The translations under genes and the position numbers were made by a program. DNA of 58,070 bases, taken from positions 1-58,070 of the IMG/VR virus record IMGVR_UViG_3300037508_001223. The stretch is one strand, 5' to 3'. Position 1 is the stretch's first letter. Every line of letters starts with the position of its first letter. This document shows positions 9,120 to 18,646 of this stretch, in pieces. Below the pieces are notes generated by a model, which saw only the letters and a program-made list of their open reading frames with translations, searched no databases and was not told the DNA's origin. This DNA comes from a virus. Lineage: Duplodnaviria > Caudoviricetes.

Positions 9120-11693
9120 ATGCCAGCTCCACTGTTCGTCGATCACGCTATTAGACTAGGTAAGTCTTTTGGCTCGGAAAAACACGCCTGTGATCCTGCC
9201 CAGTTGGCTATGGGCATGACGCAGGCGGAGCTTTCTCCGTACAAGTTCTGGGAAAAAGCCAATAGTTTCACGATGCCTCGGGGCAAGCATCCTAGTGTTG
9301 GCTATCTGCTGATGTTACATCGTGACATTGAAGAGTTGAAGGTAGGGTTGAATGAGTTTGACTACTACATTCAGTTTTACGACAGTTACAAAGGCGGCGT
9401 AACCATAAACAATCTAGCCATAGCTAGAATGGACGCGGTTACAGGGATGAATGTCAAGAACGTCGCGGAAGTGATGTATCTTGTACAGTTGGTGGACGCA
9501 CGAGCCATTGCCCACTATTCAGCAGTGGACAAAGTTTATAATGTCCGTTCCTATCAGTACCTGAATACTTCAGATCAGCCAGATTACTACGGATTCTCTC
9601 TTAACGGAGGTTCCGTTTGGACTTGGCAGCAGATTGTGGAGGATCTTTGGAACGAACTGCCGTCTCCCATGGGTTCTCCAATCTTCGATGTCAGTTGGCC
9701 TACGCACACCCCAGAAAACTACCAGTTTAGGGGTATGAATGCTTGGGACGCTATTAACTACATTTTGGATACAACCGGGCATACGGTTTATCCAAATCTT
9801 TTGGGTCAATACACAATTGCTCCCAAAGGAAAAAACCAAAACATCCAACAGTTTGAGCAAGTTCTTCGTAATGAAGGTTACACGAAGGACATGTCTTGGG
9901 ATTATCCAGACCGTAAGATGGCTTTGGGTATTCCTGAAAAAGTCACTGTGTATTTCCACACTGCGTACCATGCTTTTCAAAACGTAGTTGGAACAGACCC
10001 TAATTTTCGAGTTTTGACCGGAAAAGATGCTTGGCTTAGCAAACCTCTGTACAAAGAAGAATATACTTCGTCTACCTTGTTTACCGATTTGCAGCCGATA
10101 CAAGGTACTAACGTAGCATTACATGATTCCCTTTGTGCTTACTACGATGAGCAGGGTAGCCTTCTAAATGCCGCTGACCTGACACAGCGAGCCACAGACG
10201 TGGCGGAAGGCTACTTGATGAGTAAGAGCTACCGAAACAATCCTGTTCTGCATGGGGTGTACCTAGGCTATCATCCCGAGATACTTCCTGGCCCTGAAGT
10301 CGAGTGTGTTCGTTGGTTTGAGATCGGCAGAGGATCAAGAACGGAGATCCTTTTGTCGCCTCTACATTACACTCCAGAAGACCAGATAATGGGCCTTGGG
10401 CAGCATTACGTCAATTCAATGCTGGCTTGGGAGTCTGTGGCTCCGCCTGATGTTGCCCGTGCCCATGAGCCTACGGACAGGATGATACTTTGCAAGGTGT
10501 ACGGGGGAGACATCCCAAAAGAAGATGTTGGCCAAGCAAAAGTATTGTACGGAACCCATACGGGAAATAGTAAGATTACTTGGGCTGAAACTTCCAAGCT
10601 CATCAATCTTCACAACCCCTGGCCGCAGAAGATTGCCGAAGACACTCGGGTAATGGCTTTTTGGCATTTGCAAACCCGTCGTTGGGTAGTGGCTTACGTT
10701 CCTCGTTCTTTCACGCTGTACACCGGTGAACTACAAGCCGCGATGTGCCCAGCCGACAAGGGGATTCCAAAAAGCTACAAGCTCAAAGATATCACTGCTT
10801 GCAAGGACGTAACTCCCGTTTATGAAGTAGAAAACCCGCTAAAGCTAGCCGCAAAAGCCAACAAAAAATTTGTCGCTTTTCACAATTGCGAATTGAACGA
10901 AGGAAATGGCGGATACCAAATTCTTCAAGTAGAGCATGATGAGTTTCAGATTGTCATAGACCAATTTACTAATGTTCCAGGCTGCGTACCTGAACTTGAC
11001 ACATACGGAAATCCTACAGGACGCAATACGCTAAGCTACGAGTGCAAGGTTAAGTACCGAGCACAGAAGTTTTCATTACAAACCTGTGCCGACTCCCTTG
11101 GCGATTTTACTTTGGTCAATGCGGAAGCTCGTCAGATATTGACCGACTGGTGGGTGGACGGCTTGTACATTAAAGGCCGATACGAGCCTGCTTACGTGCT
11201 TTGCCCGTGCGATCCTTACGATGAGGTTCTTCACATCGGAGCGGACTGCGCAACTGGAAGTGGATCAGGAAGCGGCAGTGGCAGCGGAGAAGACGTTACG
11301 CCTCCGGTTCCTTGCTGTGATCCTATGCCTGAAGGAAATCTTACCGCTACAGTACAAGGTTTTCCAGGCTGTGAGTGCATGAATGGGTTTTTCACATTAG
11401 CAAAGTCAACTGCCCAGGCTCCTGGAGGTTTTACACAGTTCCATCTTTGGTCAGGGACTATGAATGCTTGCGGATTCAATATTTATTTTGAATTTTTGTG
11501 CAAGCAACTTACCACTGAATCCACGTCTACGTTGACTTTTTCATATAGAATCACTGGCACTAGTACAATTGTGGCAGGTGTTTTGGCAAAACGACAATGT
11601 GCAGATACGGGATTTGCTGGAAATCCTGTATGGGTTTATGAATTTGATGATCCAGCACTTTGCGTTGGTGGGTTCAAAATTACTATAACTTAA
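9120..11693 (+). CDS. Tail hub/tip protein with GS linker and Cys-rich C-terminal domain
   Basis: 857 aa; hub-like N-terminus; GSGSGSGSGSG linker; many Cys in the C-terminal third. Confidence 0.6.
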   Translation: MPAPLFVDHAIRLGKSFGSEKHACDPAQLAMGMTQAELSPYKFWEKANSFTMPRGKHPSVGYLLMLHRDIEELKVGLNEFDYYIQFYDSYKGGVTINNLAIARMDAVTGMNVKNVAEVMYLVQLVDARAIAHYSAVDKVYNVRSYQYLNTSDQPDYYGFSLNGGSVWTWQQIVEDLWNELPSPMGSPIFDVSWPTHTPENYQFRGMNAWDAINYILDTTGHTVYPNLLGQYTIAPKGKNQNIQQFEQVLRNEGYTKDMSWDYPDRKMALGIPEKVTVYFHTAYHAFQNVVGTDPNFRVLTGKDAWLSKPLYKEEYTSSTLFTDLQPIQGTNVALHDSLCAYYDEQGSLLNAADLTQRATDVAEGYLMSKSYRNNPVLHGVYLGYHPEILPGPEVECVRWFEIGRGSRTEILLSPLHYTPEDQIMGLGQHYVNSMLAWESVAPPDVARAHEPTDRMILCKVYGGDIPKEDVGQAKVLYGTHTGNSKITWAETSKLINLHNPWPQKIAEDTRVMAFWHLQTRRWVVAYVPRSFTLYTGELQAAMCPADKGIPKSYKLKDITACKDVTPVYEVENPLKLAAKANKKFVAFHNCELNEGNGGYQILQVEHDEFQIVIDQFTNVPGCVPELDTYGNPTGRNTLSYECKVKYRAQKFSLQTCADSLGDFTLVNAEARQILTDWWVDGLYIKGRYEPAYVLCPCDPYDEVLHIGADCATGSGSGSGSGSGEDVTPPVPCCDPMPEGNLTATVQGFPGCECMNGFFTLAKSTAQAPGGFTQFHLWSGTMNACGFNIYFEFLCKQLTTESTSTLTFSYRITGTSTIVAGVLAKRQCADTGFAGNPVWVYEFDDPALCVGGFKITIT

Positions 11694-11702
11694 AGTAGCA
11701 TT

Positions 11703-12185
11703 ATGCCGATAATGTTCAACAACGGGGTTCTTCTAATAAAGCCTGCTGGTGTGGCTATGGACCCTGCTTGTTGTTGCGGTGCTAAATGCTATTGTATTCA
11801 ACAACTTCCAAATACCCTGTATCTTACCGTTGACTTTTGTGGAACTAACGTAATAGAATTAACGCTCTACGATGAGTTCATAAGCAACGATAAAGGAAGC
11901 TGTATAAAATACTACAGCGGTAGCGGAACATTTGGAGCAGGTCCAGGTATTGGGTTCTTTCGCGTGGCTATAGGTGCAGATTCCGATCCAGCTTCGTTTT
12001 TCTTGAAATATTGTTTTGACGGATGTACTACGGGTGAGTGCGTAGATCCGACCAATACCAGTTTGTGGCCACCTTTCAATAGCATAGATTGCGAACCTTT
12101 GTACGGCGAGATTACATCAGCAGCTCCTCCTAGCGCTTGCGGTGGTAGTTGCATAGATCCTTGGACTTTGGTTATAACAGAATGA
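11703..12185 (+). CDS. Cys-rich putative tail-associated protein
   Basis: DPACCCGAKCYC, PNTLYLT; resembles the C-terminal domain of the preceding protein. Confidence 0.6.
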   Translation: MPIMFNNGVLLIKPAGVAMDPACCCGAKCYCIQQLPNTLYLTVDFCGTNVIELTLYDEFISNDKGSCIKYYSGSGTFGAGPGIGFFRVAIGADSDPASFFLKYCFDGCTTGECVDPTNTSLWPPFNSIDCEPLYGEITSAAPPSACGGSCIDPWTLVITE

Positions 12186-13834
12186 ACACTATATCATTCA
12201 AAGATAAGATCCCTGGACATCCTCGTGAGTGTAAAGGAGTTAAAAGCTCGACTTATACACCCGACCAATGTCGGATGTGTTGGCTTGCGACTTATAACCT
12301 ACACTATCGTAGACTTTGGAAAATTAGCCTTCCCAAAGAAATAGAATACTCTGTAGGGCCAGAGGAATACTATGGCTGTATCCATAGGAACCCTGAAAAG
12401 GTGGTGCAACCTGGATGCAGCTCTTGCTCTGGAATTTCTTACGTACACAAGTGTTCTAGTGAAAAAGCAGGACCAGGGTGGTGCTTTGTCGAGCTACTAG
12501 GCAAAGGTAGCTCACTATCCAGAAACAACGGCTACCGGGCTTGTGCCGAGTGTGGGTTTCGAGAGCCTGAGGCCGACTTGGAGATGCCTGTAGTTCAGTT
12601 CATGGAACTGCTCAACAAAGATCCTTCGGTTCTCCCTGATGGCTGGAGAAACTGGAAGGTTACTACCCAAGCTTACAAGACAGCTCTCCTGGAACAATCC
12701 AACGCCTCCTATTCCTATCCCAGAAAAAAATACAACGGCCGAGGGATCGTCATTGGGGCAGGAGGGGAGATCTACTTCAAGTGCGCCTTAGCCTCTGTAG
12801 CGGCCCTACGAGCCTCTGGGTGCTTCTTGCCGGTCCAATTCTGGTATTTGGGCCGGGAAGAGATGGACGCCCGTATGGTCAACTACGCTCGCTCTATTGG
12901 GGTCGAGTGCGTTGACGCCTCATCAGTAGTTCGCACCTTGGAGAAAAAGCCAAGGATTCTGTACGGTTGGGAGTTGAAAGCGTTTGCGATGATACATTGC
13001 CCTTTTGAAGAGGTGATGTATTTAGATGCCGATTGTATTGTAGCTAGAGACCCTAGTTATTTATTTTCAACAGAACAATACTTAGAGCATGGATCTATTT
13101 TTTGGCCGGATCTTTCCAACACGCCCGCTCCAGCTCCGTCAAAGCAGTTTTGGGAATCCCATGGAATGTTTGCCGATCCTGGTCCTGATTTTGAATCAGG
13201 GCAAATGGTTATAAACAAGGGCCGATGCTGGCGTGAGCTTCAAGTATCACAGTGGATTAACGAACACAGTGATTGGTTCTATCAACACATGTACGGTGAC
13301 AAAAGCACCTTTCGCGTAGCTTGGAGAGCTTGTGGTACTTCGTATGCGATGCCTCAAATGCCGGATTGGCGATGGCCTTCTATCGAGCAGTACGACTTTG
13401 AAGGCAATCTTGTGTTTCAACATTGCTGCCAAGGAAAGCCTCATCTTGTAGAAGGTCACGAGCTTTCTGTGTTGAAATACAGTCAAGTCGTATTAGAGGC
13501 CAAAAATGCTTGGTCAAAAAGCTGGCCTGGATCTTTGTACTATCCTAACTACAAAGCAATTGAAGGTTTGTACAAGATAGAGTCTACAGGCGAAGTTTTA
13601 GACTTCAAACCTTGTGGTAAAGTAGAAGTCACTATTACAGGATCTATCTTAGTAGACTCTCTTAGAGCCGACAAATACAGATGGGGCGTAAACGCCGATG
13701 AGCTAGTCTTGATTGGATTAGGAAAACGCTATCCTGGTGAAGGGCGATCTTGGCGAAAAGGGGTGATTGACTTCTTAAAGCGTACGGACAATGGCTGGAA
13801 AGGTTCAAAAATCACTTTAGTTCCAGCGTCTTGA
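12182..13834 (+). CDS. GT71/Mnn2-like alpha-mannosyltransferase with Cys-rich N-terminus
   Basis: GRGIVIGAGG, FEEVMYLDAD (DxD), IFWPD, FESGQMVINK and YGDKSTF motifs of the Mnn2/Mannosyl_trans3 family. Confidence 0.8.
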   Translation: MNTISFKDKIPGHPRECKGVKSSTYTPDQCRMCWLATYNLHYRRLWKISLPKEIEYSVGPEEYYGCIHRNPEKVVQPGCSSCSGISYVHKCSSEKAGPGWCFVELLGKGSSLSRNNGYRACAECGFREPEADLEMPVVQFMELLNKDPSVLPDGWRNWKVTTQAYKTALLEQSNASYSYPRKKYNGRGIVIGAGGEIYFKCALASVAALRASGCFLPVQFWYLGREEMDARMVNYARSIGVECVDASSVVRTLEKKPRILYGWELKAFAMIHCPFEEVMYLDADCIVARDPSYLFSTEQYLEHGSIFWPDLSNTPAPAPSKQFWESHGMFADPGPDFESGQMVINKGRCWRELQVSQWINEHSDWFYQHMYGDKSTFRVAWRACGTSYAMPQMPDWRWPSIEQYDFEGNLVFQHCCQGKPHLVEGHELSVLKYSQVVLEAKNAWSKSWPGSLYYPNYKAIEGLYKIESTGEVLDFKPCGKVEVTITGSILVDSLRADKYRWGVNADELVLIGLGKRYPGEGRSWRKGVIDFLKRTDNGWKGSKITLVPAS

Positions 13835-13864
13835 CTTAGGCTATCCTCCACGCTAAGGTAGCGA

Positions 13865-14392
13865 ATGGAGGAAACTATGGACGAAGAAATCAAGAATCCG
13901 TTCGAGATCTATGCTGGAATTGAGCAGTGTCCCGACAACTACCGTAGGCTTTCCAGGGTAGCGGGCAACAAGACGCACGCTGGATTCAATGTTTTCGTTA
14001 GCCAGCTATTCCGTCTCAACGAGCATTCTGATAATCGTTGGAATGACAAAACTCTCCTTCAAGTTCTGAAGAAGGAGTTCAGCCATGAGCCTCGAACCAT
14101 TTCCAGTATCGAGGCGGGCAACACCACCATCGCCAAGCTTCGCAACGAGTACAACCATGCGAAGCTTCAGCCCAAGGGGTATCCGCCAGAGCATCCTGGA
14201 CGGGTTCCTCAAATCTCTTTGCGATACGACGCTCGAAAGCGGCCAGTAGTCTACCAGAGACCCACGCATCTGGCGGACGCTATCTACTTGCAACGTGTAT
14301 TCCTTCAATTCCATGAAACTGTGCATGAGTCTGTGGATCAGTTGATTGTTCGAGCACTAGCCCCAAAAATGCAGCTATCGGAGAACGCATAA
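13865..14392 (+). CDS. Hypothetical protein
   Basis: 175-aa ORF with GGAGG RBS (possible start 13877) after a TTGACT promoter-like site. Confidence 0.65.
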   Translation: MEETMDEEIKNPFEIYAGIEQCPDNYRRLSRVAGNKTHAGFNVFVSQLFRLNEHSDNRWNDKTLLQVLKKEFSHEPRTISSIEAGNTTIAKLRNEYNHAKLQPKGYPPEHPGRVPQISLRYDARKRPVVYQRPTHLADAIYLQRVFLQFHETVHESVDQLIVRALAPKMQLSENA

Positions 14393-14856
14393 TGCACAGT
14401 TCCACTTGGAAAGCTTTTGAGCGTCGAGTTGCCGTGGATTTTGGGTCTACCAGGAACGCCTTGTCGGGCGGCAACTCCAAGGTAACTCGATCCGATTCCT
14501 TGCATCCACGACTGTTTATCAGTTGCAAGCATGGTCTTCGCAGCGCCTTCTGGAGTCTCTACCTGGAGGAGTTGCCGAAAGCCAAAAAGGAGGACAAGAC
14601 TGTAGTGCTCTGTCTTGGAAATAAAAACCATGAAGGGTACTTGGTCGCCTGTCACAGCAATGATCTCCAAAGCCTAGTCTGCGAGTATCTAATCTCTAAA
14701 GGCTGTACAGATCTAGCTTTAGAGCTAGCACAACGCGCCGCCTCTTCTCTCCCAGAAAAAATAGTTAGGGGAGTTGACTCAAAGCCTTCCTTGGTCTACT
14801 ATTCAAACTACCAAGGAGGTGGCGGATGTCTAAAAGAAAAGCGTACAAGCCATTGA
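14392..14856 (+). CDS. Hjc-like Holliday junction resolvase / PD-(D/E)xK nuclease
   Basis: WKAFERRVA..G..R..LSG....SD...xCK pattern. Confidence 0.55.
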   Translation: MHSSTWKAFERRVAVDFGSTRNALSGGNSKVTRSDSLHPRLFISCKHGLRSAFWSLYLEELPKAKKEDKTVVLCLGNKNHEGYLVACHSNDLQSLVCEYLISKGCTDLALELAQRAASSLPEKIVRGVDSKPSLVYYSNYQGGGGCLKEKRTSH

Positions 14857-15902
14857 AGCCGGTTAAGAAAAAACCGGCACGGTCATTAGATCCTATGTGG
14901 GATCTGTATCGAGATGGACTGACTTACAGTTTGTTGGCAAAGTTTGTAGTCTGTCCCGAGCGGTTTCGTTTGGCGACGGTGGAAGGCTGGTCCGAGTCGG
15001 GTTTACGGACCTCGATGGAATTCGGCAACGCTTTTCACTACGCCCTGGAGAAGTATCCAGATCCTTACGAGAAATCGCTACGGGATTTTCAGCGTTCAAA
15101 GTTGGAAGGCACGTCGATTCTTCCTAATCAGCGTGAGGATCTGGAAATCCTCATGGCGATGGTGGAAGGCATTCTCCACGGCTACGACAAGGTTTGGCGG
15201 GCTGACGACGCCTCCATGAGGTTCTTGGCCAAGGAGCAAGTGTTCGACATCCTGTACCCTCTGGATATGAAGGATGGAACACTCCGCAATATTCGTCTTC
15301 GAGGGAAGTGGGATGGTGTTTTTCGGGAATCCAAGGACAACGACTCCATCTGGCTTTTTGAGACCAAGACGAAGGATGACATTGACTCTGATGGTCTTCG
15401 GTACACTCTTCCACAAGATCTTCAGACGATGCTGTACTGCTTGTCGATCACCAAGACGTTTAATGAACCGGTCAAAGGTGTTGTTTACAACGTGATTCGC
15501 CGTCCAGCCATTCGACCTCGCAAGGGTGGAAAGACGGGGATGTGCGAGTCGATTCGAGACTTTGGACTACGGCTGAAAGAAGACGTAGTGGTTCGGCCGG
15601 ACTTCTATTATCACAGGTTCATCGTTCGGTTGGAGGCGGACAGTCTCAATAAGTGGCTCGATCAACAATTTGACCCATTGCTTCGACACGTGGTTCTTTG
15701 GTGGGACTCCATCAAGAAGAACCCTTTCGAGCCGTGGGCGAGTCCATACCACTACCGCCGCCCTTTCGGTATCTACGACGGACTGGCTTCTGGCCGACGG
15801 GGTGACTACTTCGACTTGTTGACTACCGGAACATACTCTGGTTTACGCAAGAAAACGTCCATTTTTCCTGAGTTGGAAACTGTTGAGGAGTTGTCTGAAT
15901 GA
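14826..15902 (+). CDS. PD-(D/E)xK exonuclease (RecB/Cas4-like phage nuclease)
   Basis: TYS.L..F..CP, FGNAFH..LE, LRGKWDGV, ETKT, Q...Y motifs. Confidence 0.8.
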   Translation: MSKRKAYKPLKPVKKKPARSLDPMWDLYRDGLTYSLLAKFVVCPERFRLATVEGWSESGLRTSMEFGNAFHYALEKYPDPYEKSLRDFQRSKLEGTSILPNQREDLEILMAMVEGILHGYDKVWRADDASMRFLAKEQVFDILYPLDMKDGTLRNIRLRGKWDGVFRESKDNDSIWLFETKTKDDIDSDGLRYTLPQDLQTMLYCLSITKTFNEPVKGVVYNVIRRPAIRPRKGGKTGMCESIRDFGLRLKEDVVVRPDFYYHRFIVRLEADSLNKWLDQQFDPLLRHVVLWWDSIKKNPFEPWASPYHYRRPFGIYDGLASGRRGDYFDLLTTGTYSGLRKKTSIFPELETVEELSE

Positions 15903-16762
15903 AAAAGAAAATGAGAATTCCTGGTCCTGAAGAGCTGAATGAGCCGCCCGAGAAGCTGCTGAGCTATTTCATCTTCATCTTTGGCGAGAAAGGTATCGGC
16001 AAGACCAGTTTGATTTCCCAGTTTCCTGGAGCCGTTGTGGGGATGCTGGAACCGGGACGAAGAAACCTTCGTATTCGGCAGGTTGACATCACTGCTGGCT
16101 GGGAGACTGTGGAAGCGTTTGTCGATGCGGCGATCGAAGATGACACGGTTCAGACGATTGGCCTCGACACGGCCGACCGGTTGTACGAATCGGCTTTGGA
16201 CTACGTGTGCGAATCCAAGGGCATTGACCATCCTGGAACTATCAAGGATTTTGGAGCTACGTGGCGAGAGATCAAGGACACCTTTGAAGGACTTCTAACG
16301 AAGATCCATCACAGTGGAAAAGGACTTGTCCTAACGTCCCATGCCAAGTGGCGTGACCTGGAGCTTCGCAATGGAGCGGTGCAGCCTATCTTAAGCCCCA
16401 CATTGTCAGACTCACCTTTGACAACGATTAAGGCTATGGCGGACTACGCTTTTTATTATGGATACTATGGAGGTGGTCGCCGGGCATTGTTCCTGCGAGG
16501 GCATGAAGACCTCTGGTGTGCTTGCGGCAGCGCTGATCGGTTCTTGGACCCGGAAGGGCACCCGATCAAGACAATGCTGCTGGGTGAGTCGCCAGCGGAA
16601 GCTTTTGAGAGTCTGGACAAGGGGTTCGGCAATCAAATGCTGGATGCGGACGATGCCCTTCGCCAGGAGCTTGGAGACGACGTTGACACCGATGATCTCT
16701 CCCAGAAAAAAACCACGATTCCTTATCGAAAGAAAAAGAAGAAAGATAAGGACGGGAGTTGA
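15899..16762 (+). CDS. Sak4-like AAA ATPase (single-strand annealing recombinase)
   Basis: Walker A GEKGIGKT, TIGLDT, LTSH; between exonuclease and SSB. Confidence 0.75.
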   Translation: MKKKMRIPGPEELNEPPEKLLSYFIFIFGEKGIGKTSLISQFPGAVVGMLEPGRRNLRIRQVDITAGWETVEAFVDAAIEDDTVQTIGLDTADRLYESALDYVCESKGIDHPGTIKDFGATWREIKDTFEGLLTKIHHSGKGLVLTSHAKWRDLELRNGAVQPILSPTLSDSPLTTIKAMADYAFYYGYYGGGRRALFLRGHEDLWCACGSADRFLDPEGHPIKTMLLGESPAEAFESLDKGFGNQMLDADDALRQELGDDVDTDDLSQKKTTIPYRKKKKKDKDGS

Positions 16763-16822
16763 CACGGGCGGTGTAGTAGGTTAGTATTCTGTATCTTCTG
16801 TTTTTGTTTACTTGGAGTAGTC

Positions 16823-17563
16823 ATGGCTGAGCAATCGAAGAATGGCAAGAGCGAGTTTTTGGCAGCCTTCAAGAAGTCGCCTAACTTGGCGAAAGGACTG
16901 AAGCAACTTGCTAATGCCAAAGATCCTAATGCGGTTCCTGACATCCCGGATGGGGTGTACGTAGCACGCATTAACGGTATCAAGTTTGGAGCCTACAATA
17001 GCGTGCCTAACGCTCGTATCGGCTTCAAGATTGACAAGGGTCCACAAAAGGACGTAGTGGTTACAAAGCGGTACGACTTTGGAAAGACTCGTCCTGACTC
17101 CCCGTTGTCTGAGGAAGAGATCTTCAATCAGATTGGTATTGATCTTCAGCGAATGGGGCTTAACAAGGTCAAGCCGGAACCCGAATCCTTGGCTATGGCT
17201 TTTGAGGATCTGGCCTCGAACTCTCCGCTTATTCAGATCAATGTTTCCTCGAAAAAAGCCGGAAATGGGAAGACATACCTCAATGTTTACCCAAACAAGG
17301 TTGTGGAAGCGGCGACCGCTGAAAAGACGGAAGAAGTCGAGTCGAAGGAACCGGAAGAAGAGGTCGATACCGAGGAGGTGCCTGTGGAGAAGGGCGACTG
17401 TGTCCTGTACCAGCCGCCGGGCGGATCTGAGGAATCGTATCAAGTCGTTTTGTCGAACCCGCAAAAACGGGTTTGTAGTATTCGGTTAGCTAGCGACCCC
17501 AAGGCAGGAACCATTGCAAACGTGTCTTGGGATGAAGTTGAAATTGAGATGGAGGAAGAGTAA
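16823..17563 (+). CDS. ssDNA-binding protein (DUF669-like)
   Basis: IPDGVYVARI, GKTYLNVY, acidic segments; Exo-Sak4-SSB synteny. Confidence 0.7.
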   Translation: MAEQSKNGKSEFLAAFKKSPNLAKGLKQLANAKDPNAVPDIPDGVYVARINGIKFGAYNSVPNARIGFKIDKGPQKDVVVTKRYDFGKTRPDSPLSEEEIFNQIGIDLQRMGLNKVKPEPESLAMAFEDLASNSPLIQINVSSKKAGNGKTYLNVYPNKVVEAATAEKTEEVESKEPEEEVDTEEVPVEKGDCVLYQPPGGSEESYQVVLSNPQKRVCSIRLASDPKAGTIANVSWDEVEIEMEEE

Positions 17564-17817
17564 TGGCTGAAGTTTTGGATCAATTGCCGTCCGCGTCCAC
17601 TGGTCGTTCGGTCTCGTATCCGTGGGGCGAATGGATGGACGGCAAGGCCCGAAAGCTGGTTCGGGGCGAGGATTTTGATTGCAGTCCGAAGTCGATGCGG
17701 TGTATGGCTTACGCCAAGTCGAAGAAGGCTGGGAAGCATCTGAAGACGCGAACTAGTCCCGAGGAGCCTACCGCTCTGTGGATTCAGTTTGTGAACAAGG
17801 AGGAGGTTTCGGAATAA
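17563..17817 (+). CDS. Small putative DNA-binding protein
   Basis: YPWGEWMDG..L.RGEDF motif; TAATG coupled. Confidence 0.6.
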   Translation: MAEVLDQLPSASTGRSVSYPWGEWMDGKARKLVRGEDFDCSPKSMRCMAYAKSKKAGKHLKTRTSPEEPTALWIQFVNKEEVSE

Positions 17818-17874
17818 CTCGTCCGTCATGCGTGGAATGAAATCAGTCGCCGTCCATCTGGGCGGCGATTGCAT

Positions 17875-17982
17875 GATGCGGCGGTGTGGACAGGGACACA
17901 CGTTACCACGGTTGAAATGGCCTGGGTTACGCGAATAACCGATAGCAGTAACTTATCGCAGGTGCAATTCCTGCCCGCATCT
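17875..17982 (+). ncRNA. tRNA-like RNA A (no anticodon loop)
   Basis: Acceptor GATGCGG/CCGCATC, D-stem GTGT/ACAC, T-arm GCAGG-TGCAATT-CCTGC; GTTAC/GTAAC stem closes a 41-nt two-hairpin insert. Confidence 0.7.
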
Positions 17983-17994
17983 CTTTTGAAGTAA

Positions 17995-18298
17995 GTAGCG
18001 TGCCGAGCTACGGCGAAGGCCAGTGATCGGCCCCTGCGACTTGGGTGAAAGCGGAGCAAAGCATGACGCGAATTCCGACATGCGGCGGATTGCTACCCGC
18101 CTAGACAACGCACGTGACACGCCGGAGAGACGGCGACAACACAAGAGCGAGTTCCGCACTAGACCGACCGGATGGCCGGTTAGGCAAGCGGATACGTGCA
18201 GGAGGCTAGTGACTGATGCACGTCTGGACCGTGACAGCAACGAGCAGAACCGTACATGCTTAGCACGGAGTCGGTGACACGCCGGAGAGACGGCGACT
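17995..18298 (+). ncRNA. Two tandem multi-hairpin RNA units, each ending in GTGACACGCCGGAGAGACGGCGAC
   Basis: Identical 24-nt repeat at ~18114 and ~18274; dense hairpins; no credible ORF. Confidence 0.55.
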
Positions 18299-18300
18299 GA

Positions 18301-18374
18301 TGCGGGGTGGAGCAGTTGGACAGCTCGCCGGGCTCATAACCCGGAGGTCGCCGGTTCGAATCCGGCTCCCGCTA
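18301..18374 (+). tRNA. tRNA-Met(CAT), initiator type
   Basis: Full cloverleaf, CAT anticodon, three G-C pairs at the end of the anticodon stem, 1:72 mismatch, TTCGAAT loop; CCA not encoded. Confidence 0.95.
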
Positions 18375-18385
18375 CTTTGGAAGTG

Positions 18386-18486
18386 AATGGTCTGGGCAGC
18401 GGTAAAAACACACGTCCCAGCGTTGCGGAAACGCTTCGCTCGAAACTGCCGACGGCTCTTTTTAGAGCGGGTGTGAGAAGACCATT
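18386..18486 (+). ncRNA. Pseudoknotted structured RNA, unassigned
   Basis: AATGGTCT/AGACCATT closing stem, GGCAG/CTGCC, AGCG/CGCT, GCTCT/AGAGC, cross pairing CACAC/GTGTG and GTC/GAC. Confidence 0.55.
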
Positions 18487-18490
18487 TTTT

Positions 18491-18607
18491 GATGCGGCGG
18501 CGTGGTGGGAACACGCTAGCGAGACGACCGTGGGGCGAGGCAGATGTGCATGACTCCACGTGGGTAGCCAGTCGACTGCCAAGCAGGTTCGAATCCTGCC
18601 CGCATCA
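18491..18607 (+). ncRNA. tRNA-like RNA B (no anticodon loop)
   Basis: Acceptor GATGCGG/CCGCATC, D-stem GCGTG/CACGC, canonical T-arm GCAGG-TTCGAAT-CCTGC; central CGTGGGG/CTCCACG and GGTAG/CTGCC hairpins. Confidence 0.75.
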
Positions 18608-18646
18608 CTGATAATCAATAACCAATAACCGTTGGAGGAGTAGCTA

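Noticed and set aside
14826-15902. Cas4-like nuclease as a CRISPR component
   Set aside because: No repeat-spacer array or other cas gene; it sits in a standard Exo-Sak4-SSB recombination module
18114-18298. 24-nt direct repeat as a mini CRISPR array
   Set aside because: Only two identical copies 160 nt apart with a structured interval, and a covarying third copy argues for an RNA hairpin
17875-18607. tRNA-like elements as tmRNA, tRNA-Sec or intron-containing tRNAs
   Set aside because: No G3:U70 or tag ORF, no TCA anticodon arm, inserts too short for group I introns, and I found no excision that restores a 7-nt anticodon loop
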